DNA from: Macrostomum hystrix | Lineage: Eukaryota > Animalia > Platyhelminthes | Length of the DNA stretch: 64,000 bases | NCBI GenBank assembly: GCA_950097015.1 | Contig: CATNEN010000038.1 | Coordinates: 5,766,001-5,830,000 of the forward strand | Direction: 5' to 3' | Part shown: positions 1 through 11,100 of the stretch, in pieces | How positions within the stretch are numbered: the first letter of the stretch is position 1 | Layout of the letters: each line of letters begins with the position of its first letter | Position numbers and translations under genes: made by a program | Notes under the pieces: model-generated | The model's input: only the letters and a program-made list of their open reading frames with translations | Databases searched by the model: none | Told to the model about the DNA's origin: nothing

Positions 1-215
1 GCGACAACAATGCACAATCTAGCTAACTCAATTCTTTCTACCTTTTTAGTAAATTCTGCTGCTATAATGTAGCTCTTGGTAATTGCTTTTTGGAATTTCG
101 TCAACATCTTTTTGATCCGCCAGTGTAAAACGCATGAGCGGCAGGATCTAGCACATTTTTACAGTTGAAGCTAAAACTCTAGAATCGAAATAACCCCAAT
201 TGAAAAATTATCCGC

Positions 216-3200
216 ATGCCTTCAGCAATCAGCAGCAGATTGACCAGAACAGCAGCCCTGGTCACACTTCTCACACAATTACTGCTGCCTGGTGAGTTTT
301 TTTCTGTTCTCAGCTTCAGTCACACTTCCCAAACTGTTCTCAACTTCAGTCACTCTTCCCAAACTGTTCTCAGCTTCAGTCACTCATCCCAAACTGTTCT
401 CAGCCTCAGTCACTCTTCCCAAACTGTTCTCAGCTTCAGTCACACTTCCCAAACTGTTCTCAGCTTCAGTCACACTTCCAAAACTGTTCTCAGCTTCAGT
501 CACTCTTCCCAAACTGTTCTCAGCTTCAGTCACTCTTCCCAAACTGTTCTCAGCTTCAGTCACACTTCCCAAACTGTTCTCAGCTTCAGTCACTCTTCCC
601 AAACTGTTCTCAGCTTCAGTCACACTTCCCAAACTGTTCTCAGCTTCAGTCACACTTCCAAAACTGTTCTCAGCTTCAGTCACACTTCCCAAACTGTTCT
701 CAGCTTCAGTCACTCTTCCCAAACTGTTCTCAGCTTCAGTCACACTTCCCAAACTGTTCTCAGCTTCAGTCACACTTCCCAAACTGTTCTCAGCTTCAGT
801 CACACTTCCCAAACTGTTCTCAGCTTCAGTCACACTTCCCAAACTGTTCTCAGCTTCAGTCACTCTTCCCAAACTGTTCTCAGCTTCAGTCACTCTTCCC
901 AAACTGTTCTCAGCTTCAGTCACTCTTCCCAAACTGTTCTCAGCTTCAGTCACACTTCCCAAACTGTTCTCAGCTTCAGTCACTCTTCCCAAACTGTTCT
1001 CAGCTTCAGTCACTCTTCCCAAACTGTTCTCAGCTTCAGTCACTCTTCCCAAACTGTTCTCAGCTTCAGTCACTCTTCCCAAACTGTTCTCAGCTTCAGT
1101 TACACTTCCCAAACTGTTCTCAGCTTCAGTCACTCTTCCCAAACTGTTCTCAGCTTCAGTTACACTTCCCAAACTGTTCTCAGCTTCAGTCACACTTCCC
1201 AAACTGTTCTCAGCTTCAGTCACTCTTCCCAAACTGTTCTCAGCTTCAGTCACTCTTCCCAAACTGTTCTCAGCTTCAGTCACTCTTGCTAAACAGTCCC
1301 CAGTTATCCAGTTTTTCCTAAATTTAGTAATTAAGCATGTTAACGTTCCCTCTTACAGATATTATGGCTGGCTGAATGTAATTTATAGCGTACTGCTCTT
1401 TATCCTGCCTATTACTCAAAAAAGTTTCGCTGTATGTGTGATTCGTGCATCGCTCCTAGGCACACGTCAATACAAAGCGTTGGACTTAAAATTGAAACTC
1501 AATTCCTTCCGGTAGGTTAGGTCTGATATACTAGAAAAAAGTTTACAGTAGACATGGGGTTTGCTATTGTACAGCTTAACAATGCACCCAAAGCCTGAGA
1601 GCGTGAGGGCTTCTTGCAAGGGTCAGAGAAATTTCGCTACGAAGATTTCTGTCGATTTATTTTTAACTGATGAAAAAAGAGCAAATAATTTAATTTACCT
1701 ACTTACTCAGAGTGAGTAGCAGGCTCTTCTCGCTTAACCCACAATCTCTTTTTCCAGTATTGAATATCAAACTTTTGGCGGTGGGTGAAAGAGTGGTTCA
1801 TGCGTTTACCTCCCGCACCAATGTCCCTGATCTCGATTCCGTTGCGAGGCCACATTTATTTGGGGCGCAGCCGCGCTGAGAAGGCTTGGGAGTTTGTCGT
1901 CCAATTTACGCCCTTGAGGGCCAACCTCCAAGGCACAGTGAGACTGTACACTGCTTGACGATGAGAAAGTCAGGGCAGATGTACACATGTGTGAGCGTAT
2001 GCCTGCTTACAGTATCTGTGCGTGTGTGTGCTCAGGAGTCAGCGAATTGCCTCCTTGCTGGCTGCAGGTCTAGTGTCACCATGATGTGCCACTGCCTTCA
2101 GCCCTCCTGCAAGTATTATTATTACTATTAATTATGACTATGTACAAATTTCGTCTATGGTAATGAGAGCAGCTGCGATACTCGACGCCCAGACTTATAT
2201 AAGCCAGTCACAAGCCGAATCGCATGTTGAAATTCAAATATTGATTGTCAAAAGCCGTGAAAACTCAGCCACTCCACAATATCCATTCCGCAGTTGTGGC
2301 CCAGCAAGCTCCATGTATTGACCCGGCACTGACACCCGCTGACCTAGCAAATCAACTCAATCCCAGGCCCAGCAGTGACGTCAGCGTGCTGCTCAACCTG
2401 CCATTTAATCGCGTCTTCTGCTCAACAACCACCGCTGCCAGGTACCCGCTGCCATCTCAGGGTAATTTTATTCAGGACAATCTGTATCAAAATTATCCCT
2501 TGAACCTCCCACCCAGATTCCTGATCTTTGGCGACTGGTCCGAGCGGCACCAGCTGGATTTGACCGCAGGCCGATTAAACAATGACCAGACAAATGCTGA
2601 CGTCCACAGTCACACTGATTGGCGGGTTGTCAACGTCAGCAACGCGTCTTCGATGGCTGACTTCGACTTCCTTGTTGACGAGTCGCTGGGTCTCAGGGCA
2701 GGCGCTGAGTACTTTGTGGCTGTACGAGGCTGCAACAGTCGCTCGTGTGCCACGGTCGGAGTGACCAGGTTCACTTCAGCGGGCAGCAAGCCTGCTGCCG
2801 GTGACTCCACAGTCCTCATCATCATTGGTGTCTGCGGTGCAACTGTCTTCGCTGTGGCCCTCATTGTGATCGTTTTTGTGGTTCGCTACCGCATAGCCAA
2901 GTAATTATCTGAATCCATTGCTCTGATTTGCAACTGAAAAGTGGGGCACAGTTTAGGTGGAGTGACCAAGGATGTAGACAGTTTGGGTGGAGTGACCAAG
3001 GATGTAGACAGTTTGGGTGGAGTGACCAAGGATGTAGACAGTTTGGGTGGAGTGACCAAGGATGTAGACAGTTTGGGTGGAGTGACCAAGGATGTAGACA
3101 GTTTGGGTGGAGTGACCAAGGATGTAGACAGTTTGGGTGGAGTGACCAAGGATGTAGACAGTTTGGGTGGAGTGACCAAGGATGTAGACAGTTTGGGTGG

Positions 3201-5762
3201 AGTGACCAAGGATGTAGACAGTTTGGGTGGAGTGACCAAGGATGTAGACAGTTTGGGTGGAGTGACCAAGGATATAGACAGTTTGGGTGGAGTTACGAAG
3301 GATGTAGACAGTTTGGGTGGAGTGACCAAGGATATAGACAGTTTGGGTGCAGTGACCAAGGATGTAGACAGTTTGGGTGGAGTTACCAAGGATATAGACA
3401 GTTTGGGTGGAGTGACCAAGGATTTAGACAGTTTGGGTGGAGTGACCAAGGATATAGACAGTTTGGGTGGAGTGACCAAGGATGTAGACAGTTTGGGTGG
3501 AGTTACCAAGGATATAGACAGTTTGGGTGGAGTGACCAAGGATATAGACAGTTTGGGTGGAGTGACCAAGGATATAGACAGTTTGGGTGGAGTTACGAAG
3601 GATGTAGACAGTTTGGGTGGAGTGACCAAGGATATAGACAGTTTGGGTGCAGTGACCAAGGATGTAGACAGTTTGGGTGGAGTTACCAAGGATATAGACA
3701 GTTTGGGTGGAGTGACCAAGGATGTAGACAGTTTGGGTGGAGTGACCAAGGATGTAGACAGTTTGGGTGGAGTTACCAAGGATGTAGACAGTTTGGGTGG
3801 AGTGACCAAGGATGTAGACAGTTTGGGAAGTAGCTGAAGCTGAGAACAGTTTGGGAAGAGTGACTGAAGCTGAGAACAGTTTGGGAAGAGTGACTGAAGC
3901 TGAGAACAGTTTGGGAAGAGTGACTGAAGCTGAGAACAGTTTGGGAAGAGTGACTGAAGCTGAGAACAGTTTGGGAAGTGTAACTGAAGCTGAGAACAGT
4001 TTGGGAAGTGTAACTGAAGCTGAGAACAGTTTGGGAAGAGTGACTGAAGCTGAGAACAGTTTGGGAAGAGTGACTGAAGCTGAGAACAGTTTGGGAAGAG
4101 TGACTGAAGCTGAGAACAGTTTGGGAAGTGTAACTGAAGCTGAGAACAGTTTGGGAAGTGTGACTGAAGCTGAGAACAGTTTGGGAAGAGTGACTGAAGC
4201 TGAGAACAGTTTGGGAAGTGTGACTGAAGCTGAGAACAGTTTGGGAAGAGTGACTGAAGCTGAGAACAGTTTGGGAAGAGTGACTGAGGCTGAGAACAGT
4301 TTGGGAAGAGTGACTGAAGCTGAGAACAGTTTGGGATGAGTGACTGAAGCTGAGAACAGTTTGGGAAGAGTGACTGAAGCTGAGAACAGTTTGGGAAGTG
4401 TAACTGAAGCTGAGAACAGTTTGGGAAGTGTGACTGAAGCTGAGAACAGTTTGGGAAGTGTGACTGAAGCTGAGAACAGTTTGGCAAGAGTGACTGAGGC
4501 TGAGAACAGTTTGGGAGGAGTGACTGAAGATGACGACTGCTAGGCCCATTTGAAAACAGTTGAATAAGAAAATCAACAAGTTTATCTGGAAATTTCTTAA
4601 AACCTTTATTCAGAAATGGAACCAAGAGCGGAGAACATCAAGGACCTATTGAATTGGACTTGAACATCGACAGTGGACCTTATTTGTGAGCTGTCAACCG
4701 ATTGTTGTCTATAATTTTATTTATCTAGCCCTAAATGTGCACTTAATGATTTAATAGATTATTTCTTATCAGCGGAAGATCACTCATTTTAGACACGCGG
4801 ACAGGTTCCATCAAAATCAGAATGGGTAAATGCACAGAGGATACTGATTTCAAAACACAATGGACGCTCGCTTAGCACTCCTGTCTGCCATTTCTTATTT
4901 GTATTTGTAATTCTATCTGCTCTAATCTCATATTTTCACTCCAATCAGCCATCAAATTATTTTTTCAAGCGAATCTCTACCAGTGAGATTCAGAAAATAC
5001 TTTTCAATTTAATATTGCCAGCTGTCAAGGTACACACAGGTGCAAACGCGTAGGCATACTCGCCAGGTACCTGAATAACAATTTCAGACAACCAGATCGA
5101 CGCTCCCAGATGGACTCAGGACCTTACGAACAGATGTAACTATATTATTAATAAATTACTTTTTGCACCGGTATCTAGAGAATAAGAAAGGAAACTTGTT
5201 TTCTTTAGGGATGGCTACACCTACGAGCAAATTGGTCAGAATTCGCAGCTAACCACGTAAGTGACTGCTGTCTCGGCCTCCTTATTATTCACCTGGCAGA
5301 CGTCTCTGTGCTCAAGAACCAATTTTAATAAGCATTATTGATGCCTTCACTTTTAGATTCTCCGCTAGCAAACATGATGAGTGAGTACATCTGAGCCGGT
5401 GTGTATACATCTGTGTATTTTACCACCAGTCTAAACACGTTAAGGCCAGCGACTGCGTGCACGGTTTCAGAGGGAGCAACACATACGTTGAAGCTGATGG
5501 TCACGTCATTACTGCTCAGCAACACCAGTCGGCTGAAAAGTAAGTTCACGAATTTCTGCTCACATTAAAACATTTTTAATATATTTGCAATCCCATTCTC
5601 TTTAAATATAAACATTTTAGAGCCAGTACCGACGTTGCAGTTGCCAATCCGGACTATGGACACAAGGCAGATCAGACTTCCAGCTCAGGTGGAACTCGTG
5701 AAAGGTTAATATACGAGTATTATTTCAGTCAGTCATTTGCGTGTGTTCTTAAACTTTATTAA
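216..5762 (+). CDS. Receptor paralog A: single-pass type-I membrane protein (signal peptide, ~130-aa FN3-like ectodomain, TM, Tyr-motif cytoplasmic tail). Exons approx. 216-291, 2294-2441, 2517-2900, 4614-4685, 4793-4825, 5088-5135, 5209-5256, 5357-5380, 5471-5539, 5621-5762
   Basis: Exon 1 (MPSAISSRLTRTAALVTLLTQLLLP, G|gtgag) splices in phase 1 to ccgcag|TT GTG GCC CAG, completing a signal peptide (..LLLPVVA-QQAPC). Ectodomain motif LRAGAEYFVAVRGCNSRSC; TM VLIIIGVCGATVFAVALIVIVFVV followed by RYRIAK. Downstream GT-AG exons are all phase 2-2 and stop-free (GPYL, PYEQM, YTYEQI, NTYVE, NPDY). Paralogous to the gene at 8119-13544. The tail exon set may be incomplete. Confidence 0.72.
304..1288. 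repeat. 30-bp minisatellite (AAACTGTTCTCAGCTTCAGTCACTCTTCCC)n, ~33 copies, intron 1 of receptor A
   Basis: Exact 30-nt periodicity seen directly; explains the repetitive ORFs at 216-1515. Confidence 0.97.
1777..2133 (+). mobile_element. tRNA-derived SINE family A, near full length, (TAT)n tail
   Basis: Same ~350-bp sequence recurs at 7368-7476, 13229-13425, 21607-21869(-), 44686-44935, 49120-49369, 58908-59262(-), 61372-61661(-). The best copy has A-box TGGCAGAGCGG and B-box-like GCTCGATTCC. Confidence 0.8.
2948..3827. repeat. 30-bp minisatellite (ACAGTTTGGGTGGAGTGACCAAGGATGTAG)n, ~29 copies
   Basis: 30-nt periodicity; about 21/30 identical to the adjacent array at 3828-4530. Confidence 0.97.
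3828..4530. repeat. 30-bp minisatellite (TGAGAACAGTTTGGGAAGAGTGACTGAAGC)n, ~23 copies; reverse complement of the 304-1288 array
   Basis: The unit is the reverse complement of the intron-1 unit and shows the same variant types. Confidence 0.97.
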
Positions 5763-6072
5763 AATCAATAAGAATGCTGCTTGATCGGAGCAACGAAATA
5801 CCGTTAGGAAAATTTTATTTCAAAAACAAGCGAGCAGAACAACATGTGGTGGCACGGGTGGGATGAAATTTAGAAAGCTTTTTTGTGCCTTAAATCAAGA
5901 AAGGGATATGGCCGGATCGATACTTTACAAGCTAAATGACCTTTAAATGAATATGATATGGATAAAATCAGATTTTTCACTTGACCATTTCTGCTTTCGT
6001 TTTAGATGTGTCAACGGTTCTAAAAACCCGTGAGAGATTTTTCAGTTATACATATTTTTTATAGTAATATAA

Positions 6073-6357
6073 GAGGTTGTAGCCTAGTGGTTAGGGCGTC
6101 GGACTCACGACTGGAAGGTCGGGGGTTCGATTCCCGTCTCCACTTAAACAATTTGTGTCCTTTAGCAAGACACTTAACTCTGCATTGCTTCAGTTCACCC
6201 AGCTGTTAAATGGGTACCAGCATTAGCTGGGGTAATTGAAGGTGGGTGTGGCGTCCCCCGAGTCCATGGACGCAGCCTTCAGATGCGCCGCGCAATAGCT
6301 GCGGCTGTGCTGTCGTCTGCACATCTGACCCGATTAGGGCAGGTGTAATAAAAAAAT
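6073..6357 (+). mobile_element. tRNA-derived CORE-type SINE (family B)
   Basis: A-box TAGCCTAGTGG, B-box GGTTCGATTCC, then TGTGTCCTTTAGCAAGACACTTAACTC..CTTCAGTTCACCCAGCTGTTAAATGGG resembling the MIR/CORE domain; A-rich tail. Second copy at 59635-59905(-), fragment at 10488-10606. Confidence 0.8.
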
Positions 6358-8118
6358 AGTAATATAGCTATAACTAATGTAAGAAATTGTGTTATAAATT
6401 TATTTCCTAATTTTATCTTGATCATTTCAGTGCCTACGATCAATCTGGCGAGCTATAGTACGCGCTTTTTTACTTTTTTTAAAACACACATCAGTATGAA
6501 TGCCGAACATTCGTTTCCTTACTGCGCTCAAAAAATACACCACAGCCTACTAACAGTAGACTTTGAGGATATGCGCCGAATTTTATTTACCCTGCTCCCC
6601 CACCCCCGCCCCTACCCGCGCCCCGCGCCGGCGGGCCACCAGCGAGGCGCTTGGCCAAACCGTACACCCACCCACCGGTGACTGATAGGAGGGCGCCTGG
6701 TGGGGCGTACAGAGGGGCGTATAGTTAATGTCCCACCGGGCTACGATCCTTAAAATTATAATATCAAATTTCAGTCTGAGCAAGAATAACGTGGACGGAG
6801 AGAGCAGAAAAGTTATAAGTAGGTTTGAATCTTTTTTTTTCATTTAATTGTAAATCGCATGGATAATTTCTTATTTTTGCTACACTTTAATGCATTTCCA
6901 GTGAGTCCCATGAAATCCAGTGCGATCTGGGCCTGCAGTCCGGGCAAAACTTTTTGGCGCGAATACAAAAGTGACGTCACGGCTTACAGAACAGAGTAAA
7001 AAGGAACCTAGCAGATTGCAGAATGAAAACCTTTACAATAATTTAATGCTTCTATGTTCGATGTAAAACTGATCTCCTACAACCTTTACTCGAGTGCTAT
7101 TGCTGCAGTAGATTAGCGAATTGTGTGGATGCTATCAACTCGAACCATTATTACCTGATAAACACATATTTTACTAGATATATTTTATCATACAATCGTC
7201 CTAGACTTATTTGGTATTTAGCCAAACTTTTTTTAACATTTTGACATGCAAGCAAAGTGTTGAGTTGACCAAAACTCATTGATTACTTTATCCCCGCATG
7301 GAAATAATACATGATTTATTCAAGGCACTGTCAGAGAAACGATTAGAAACTCAGGGTGGATGCAAATCACCTGTGTGAGTGTGTGCTCAGGAGTCAGTGG
7401 AATAGGTAAAATTGTCTCTCGCTGGCTGCTGGTCTAGTGTCACCAAATGATTTGACAACAGCACTCAGCTGCAGATATTAGTTACTTTTCCTTACTAATA
7501 TAGTTCGGAGGGAAAAGTGGGATGAAATAAGATAGGATAAGAGAGATAGGGACGCCGGCTTTAGTTTGTCAGTTGATAGTTGGTGATAAGATGAGATTAG
7601 ATAGCATATGTTTATGCGACTTCTATTCTAGGCTACTATTATTAGTAATATTAGCAGGGCTAGTTGCGCTACTGTCATTGCGGCTGCGCCCCAAAGAGTG
7701 CGGCCTCACCTCGAAATCGATCTCAAGGACGTTTGTGGCACAAGCGGACGTGTTAGACCGCCCTGCCTCCCCCTTTTTATTACTCGTAAAAGTGCTGTCC
7801 TTGTTCAGCTAAAAATAGGAGAAATAAGTTGACGCAAACGCTATTATAAGCACATAACAATGTACAACTGCATACAAACAAATCGAGCATTCAATTCATT
7901 AAAAATTAGTCTGAGTGCAGCACTGACCAGGAAAATGCCTATTCTAAAGGCAGTAGAAAGTATTTGGCAATTGTCTCTTTTGTGCACGAAATTGCATATC
8001 AACACAACTAAAACACATCAGGAGCTGCTCTTGTGGCAGGCGAGCTCATAAAAGGCCTATTCTAAGAATGCATTAGACAGTTTTTGCTGCGATAGCTCGT
8101 AACAGTTGCAGATCTCAT

Positions 8119-11100
8119 ATGGAACTGCTGCTGCTGCTGCCGCAGTTGCTGCTAACCATCGGACTTCAACTGGGTAAGCTGAATATTTAACACATGCTCT
8201 TGTGTCCACTAACTGGGACTCTGCGTTCTCCAAAGCCCGACACTCCATAAAACCCCACACTCTAAAAACCCAACACTCCAAAAAACCCCACAGTCCATAA
8301 AACCCCACACTCCATAAAACCCTACACCCCACAAAACCCACACTCTAAAAAACCCAACACTCCATAAAACCCCACACTCGATAAAACACCACAATCCATA
8401 AAAACCCACACTGCATAAAACCCTCACTGCATAAAACCCACACTGCATAAAACCCACACTGCATAAAACCCACACTGCATAAAACCCACACTGCATAAAA
8501 CCCACACTGCATAAAACCCACACTGCATAAAACCCACACTGCATAAAACCCACACTGCATAAAACCCACACTGCATAAAACCCACACTGCATAAAACCCA
8601 CACTGCATAAAACCCACACTGCATAAAACCCACACTGCATAAAACCCACACTGCATAAAACCCACACTCCATAAAACCCCACACTCCATAAAACCCCACA
8701 CTCCATAAAACCCCAAACTCCATAAAACCCACACTCTAAAAAACCCCACACTCTTAAAAACCCACACTCTAAAAAACCCCACACTCCATAAAACCCCACA
8801 CTCCATAAAACCCCATGCTACAGTGTAAGTTTACCTTCAGCATATACGGGCGTACAAATGAGCTTTGTGTCAATTTGAGTCGAGTCAGTGCATGAGTAAA
8901 TCTGCACATATCACATATCACCTTATGCAGCTCTCGGCCAGGACGCTCCGTGTATTAACTCAGCTTTGACCCAGATGGACCTAGCCAATCAGCTTAATCC
9001 TAGATCGAGTGGGGATTTCAGTGTGCTGATAAACCTGCCTTTTAACCGCGTGTTCTGCTCGCCTCTGGTTGCAAAGTGCGAGCAAAATTTTAAATTATTT
9101 ACACAGTTTTCTGTTTGTGTGCCATTGGGTGATTGGGTGACAGCTGTGAATGTGAGCCAGCTGTGATTGGGTGCCAGCTGTGATTGGGTGACAGCTATGT
9201 TTGTGTGCCAGCTGTGATTGTGTGCCAGCTATGATTGGGTGACAGCTGTGATTGGGTGCCAGCTGTGATTGGGTGACAGCTGTGATTGGGTGCCAGCTAT
9301 GATTGGGTGCCAGCTGTGATTGGGTGACAGCTGTGATTGGGTGCCAGCTATGATTGTGTGCCAGCTGTGATTGTGTTCCAGCTATGATTGTGTGCCAGCT
9401 ATGATTGGGTGACAGCTATGATTGTGTGCCAGCTATGATTGGGTGACAGCTGTGATTTGGTGACAGCTGTGATTGTGTGCCAGCTATGATTGGGTGACAG
9501 CTGTGATTGTGTGCCAGCTATGATTGGGTGACAGCTGTGATTGGGTGACAGCTGTGATTGGGTGACAGCTGTGATTGGGTGCCAGCTATGTTTGTGTGCC
9601 AGCTGTGATTGTGTGCCAGCTATGATTGGGTGACAGTTGTGATTGGGTGACAGTTGTGATTGGGTGACAGTTGTGATTGGGTGACAGTTGTGATTGAGTG
9701 ACAGTTGTGATTGGGTGACAGTTGTGATTGGGTGACAGTTGTGATTGGGTGACAGTTGTGATTGGGTGACAGTTGTGATTGGGTGACAGTTGTGATTGGG
9801 TGACAGTTGTGATTGGGTGACAGTTGTGATTGGGTGACAGTTGTGATTGGGTGACAGTTGTGATTGGGTGACAGTTGTGATTGGGTGACAGTTGTGATTG
9901 GGTGACAGTTGTGATTGGGTGACAGTTGTGATTGGGTGACAGTTGTGATTGGGTGACAGTTGTGATTGGGTGACAGTTGTGATTGGGTGACAGTTGTGAT
10001 TGGGTACCAGCAAGTTATTAACACCTCGAACACAAACCTTCCATTCAGATATCTTGTCCTGGGAGTCCATGCCGAGCGTCAACATCTCAGGCTGAACGAG
10101 ACGCTACTATTCAGTGGCTCCGTCTTCGCGGATGTCAACAGCATGACTTCCTGGCGACTGATTGACGTCAGCGAAGTTTCGCGAATTGCTCTGTTCGACT
10201 ATCTGATTGGCGGCGAGTTTCATCGCCTGGCAGAGAATGTCGAATACTTCGTGGCGATGCGGGGCTGCAACACCCGGATGTGCGGCACGGCGGGAACTGC
10301 CAAGTTCACGGTATGGCGCATCGGCTCACAGGCCCAGAGAAACGTAGCTGGCGTGGCTGCCGGACCCGTCACTGCTTTGCTTCTTATCACCTTTGCTGCT
10401 GGCGCCTTTGTTTGGCTGTACAGAACTGGGCAAGTTTCATAGTTCATTGCTTGTGCTCAGATTTTTACCATTCACTTACCCCGATGAAATTGTGGTTATA
10501 GCGTCATAGTCGCAACTTGAAGGTCGTGGGTTCGATTCCTGACTCTAGTATTTGTGCTTAAGATCTGAAGCTCCCTAGAGCTTCAGCTGTCAAATGTGTA
10601 CCAGCTCTCTCCTCACCTGTCATAACTCACTCTTTCCTCACCTGTCATAACTCACTCTTTCCTCACCTGTCATAACTCACTCTTTCCTCACCTGTCATAA
10701 CTCACTCTTTCCTCACCTGTCATAACTCACTCTTTCCTCACCTGTCATAACTCACTCTTTCCTCACCTATCATAACTCACTCTCTCCTCACCTGTCATAA
10801 CTCACTCTTTCCTCACCTATCATAACTCACTCTTTCCTCACCTGTCATAACTCACTCTTTCCTCACCTATCATAACTCACTCTCTCCTCACCTGTCATAA
10901 CTCACTCTCTCCTCACCTGTCATAACTCACTCTCTCCTCACCTGTCATAACTCACTCTTTCCTCACCTGTCATAACTCACTCTCTCCTCACCTGTCATAA
11001 CTCACTCTCTATTCACCTGTCATAACTCACTCTTTCCTCACCTGTCATAACTCACTCTTTCCTCACCTGTCATAACTCACTCTTTCCTCACCTGTCATAA

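Noticed and set aside
304-4530. CRISPR-like appearance of the 30-bp arrays, and long repetitive ORFs (SHSSQTVLSF, VTEAENSLG, GGVTKDVDSL)
   Set aside because: Head-to-tail units with no unique spacers, no cas genes, eukaryotic context. The ORFs are by-products of stop-free units lying inside introns.
6073-6145. tRNA gene
   Set aside because: The acceptor stem does not pair, and the tRNA-like head continues into a repeated SINE body.
6586-6745. GC-rich island between the two receptor genes as an ncRNA or exon
   Set aside because: No recognisable RNA family motif, splice context or second copy in the window; cannot be supported.
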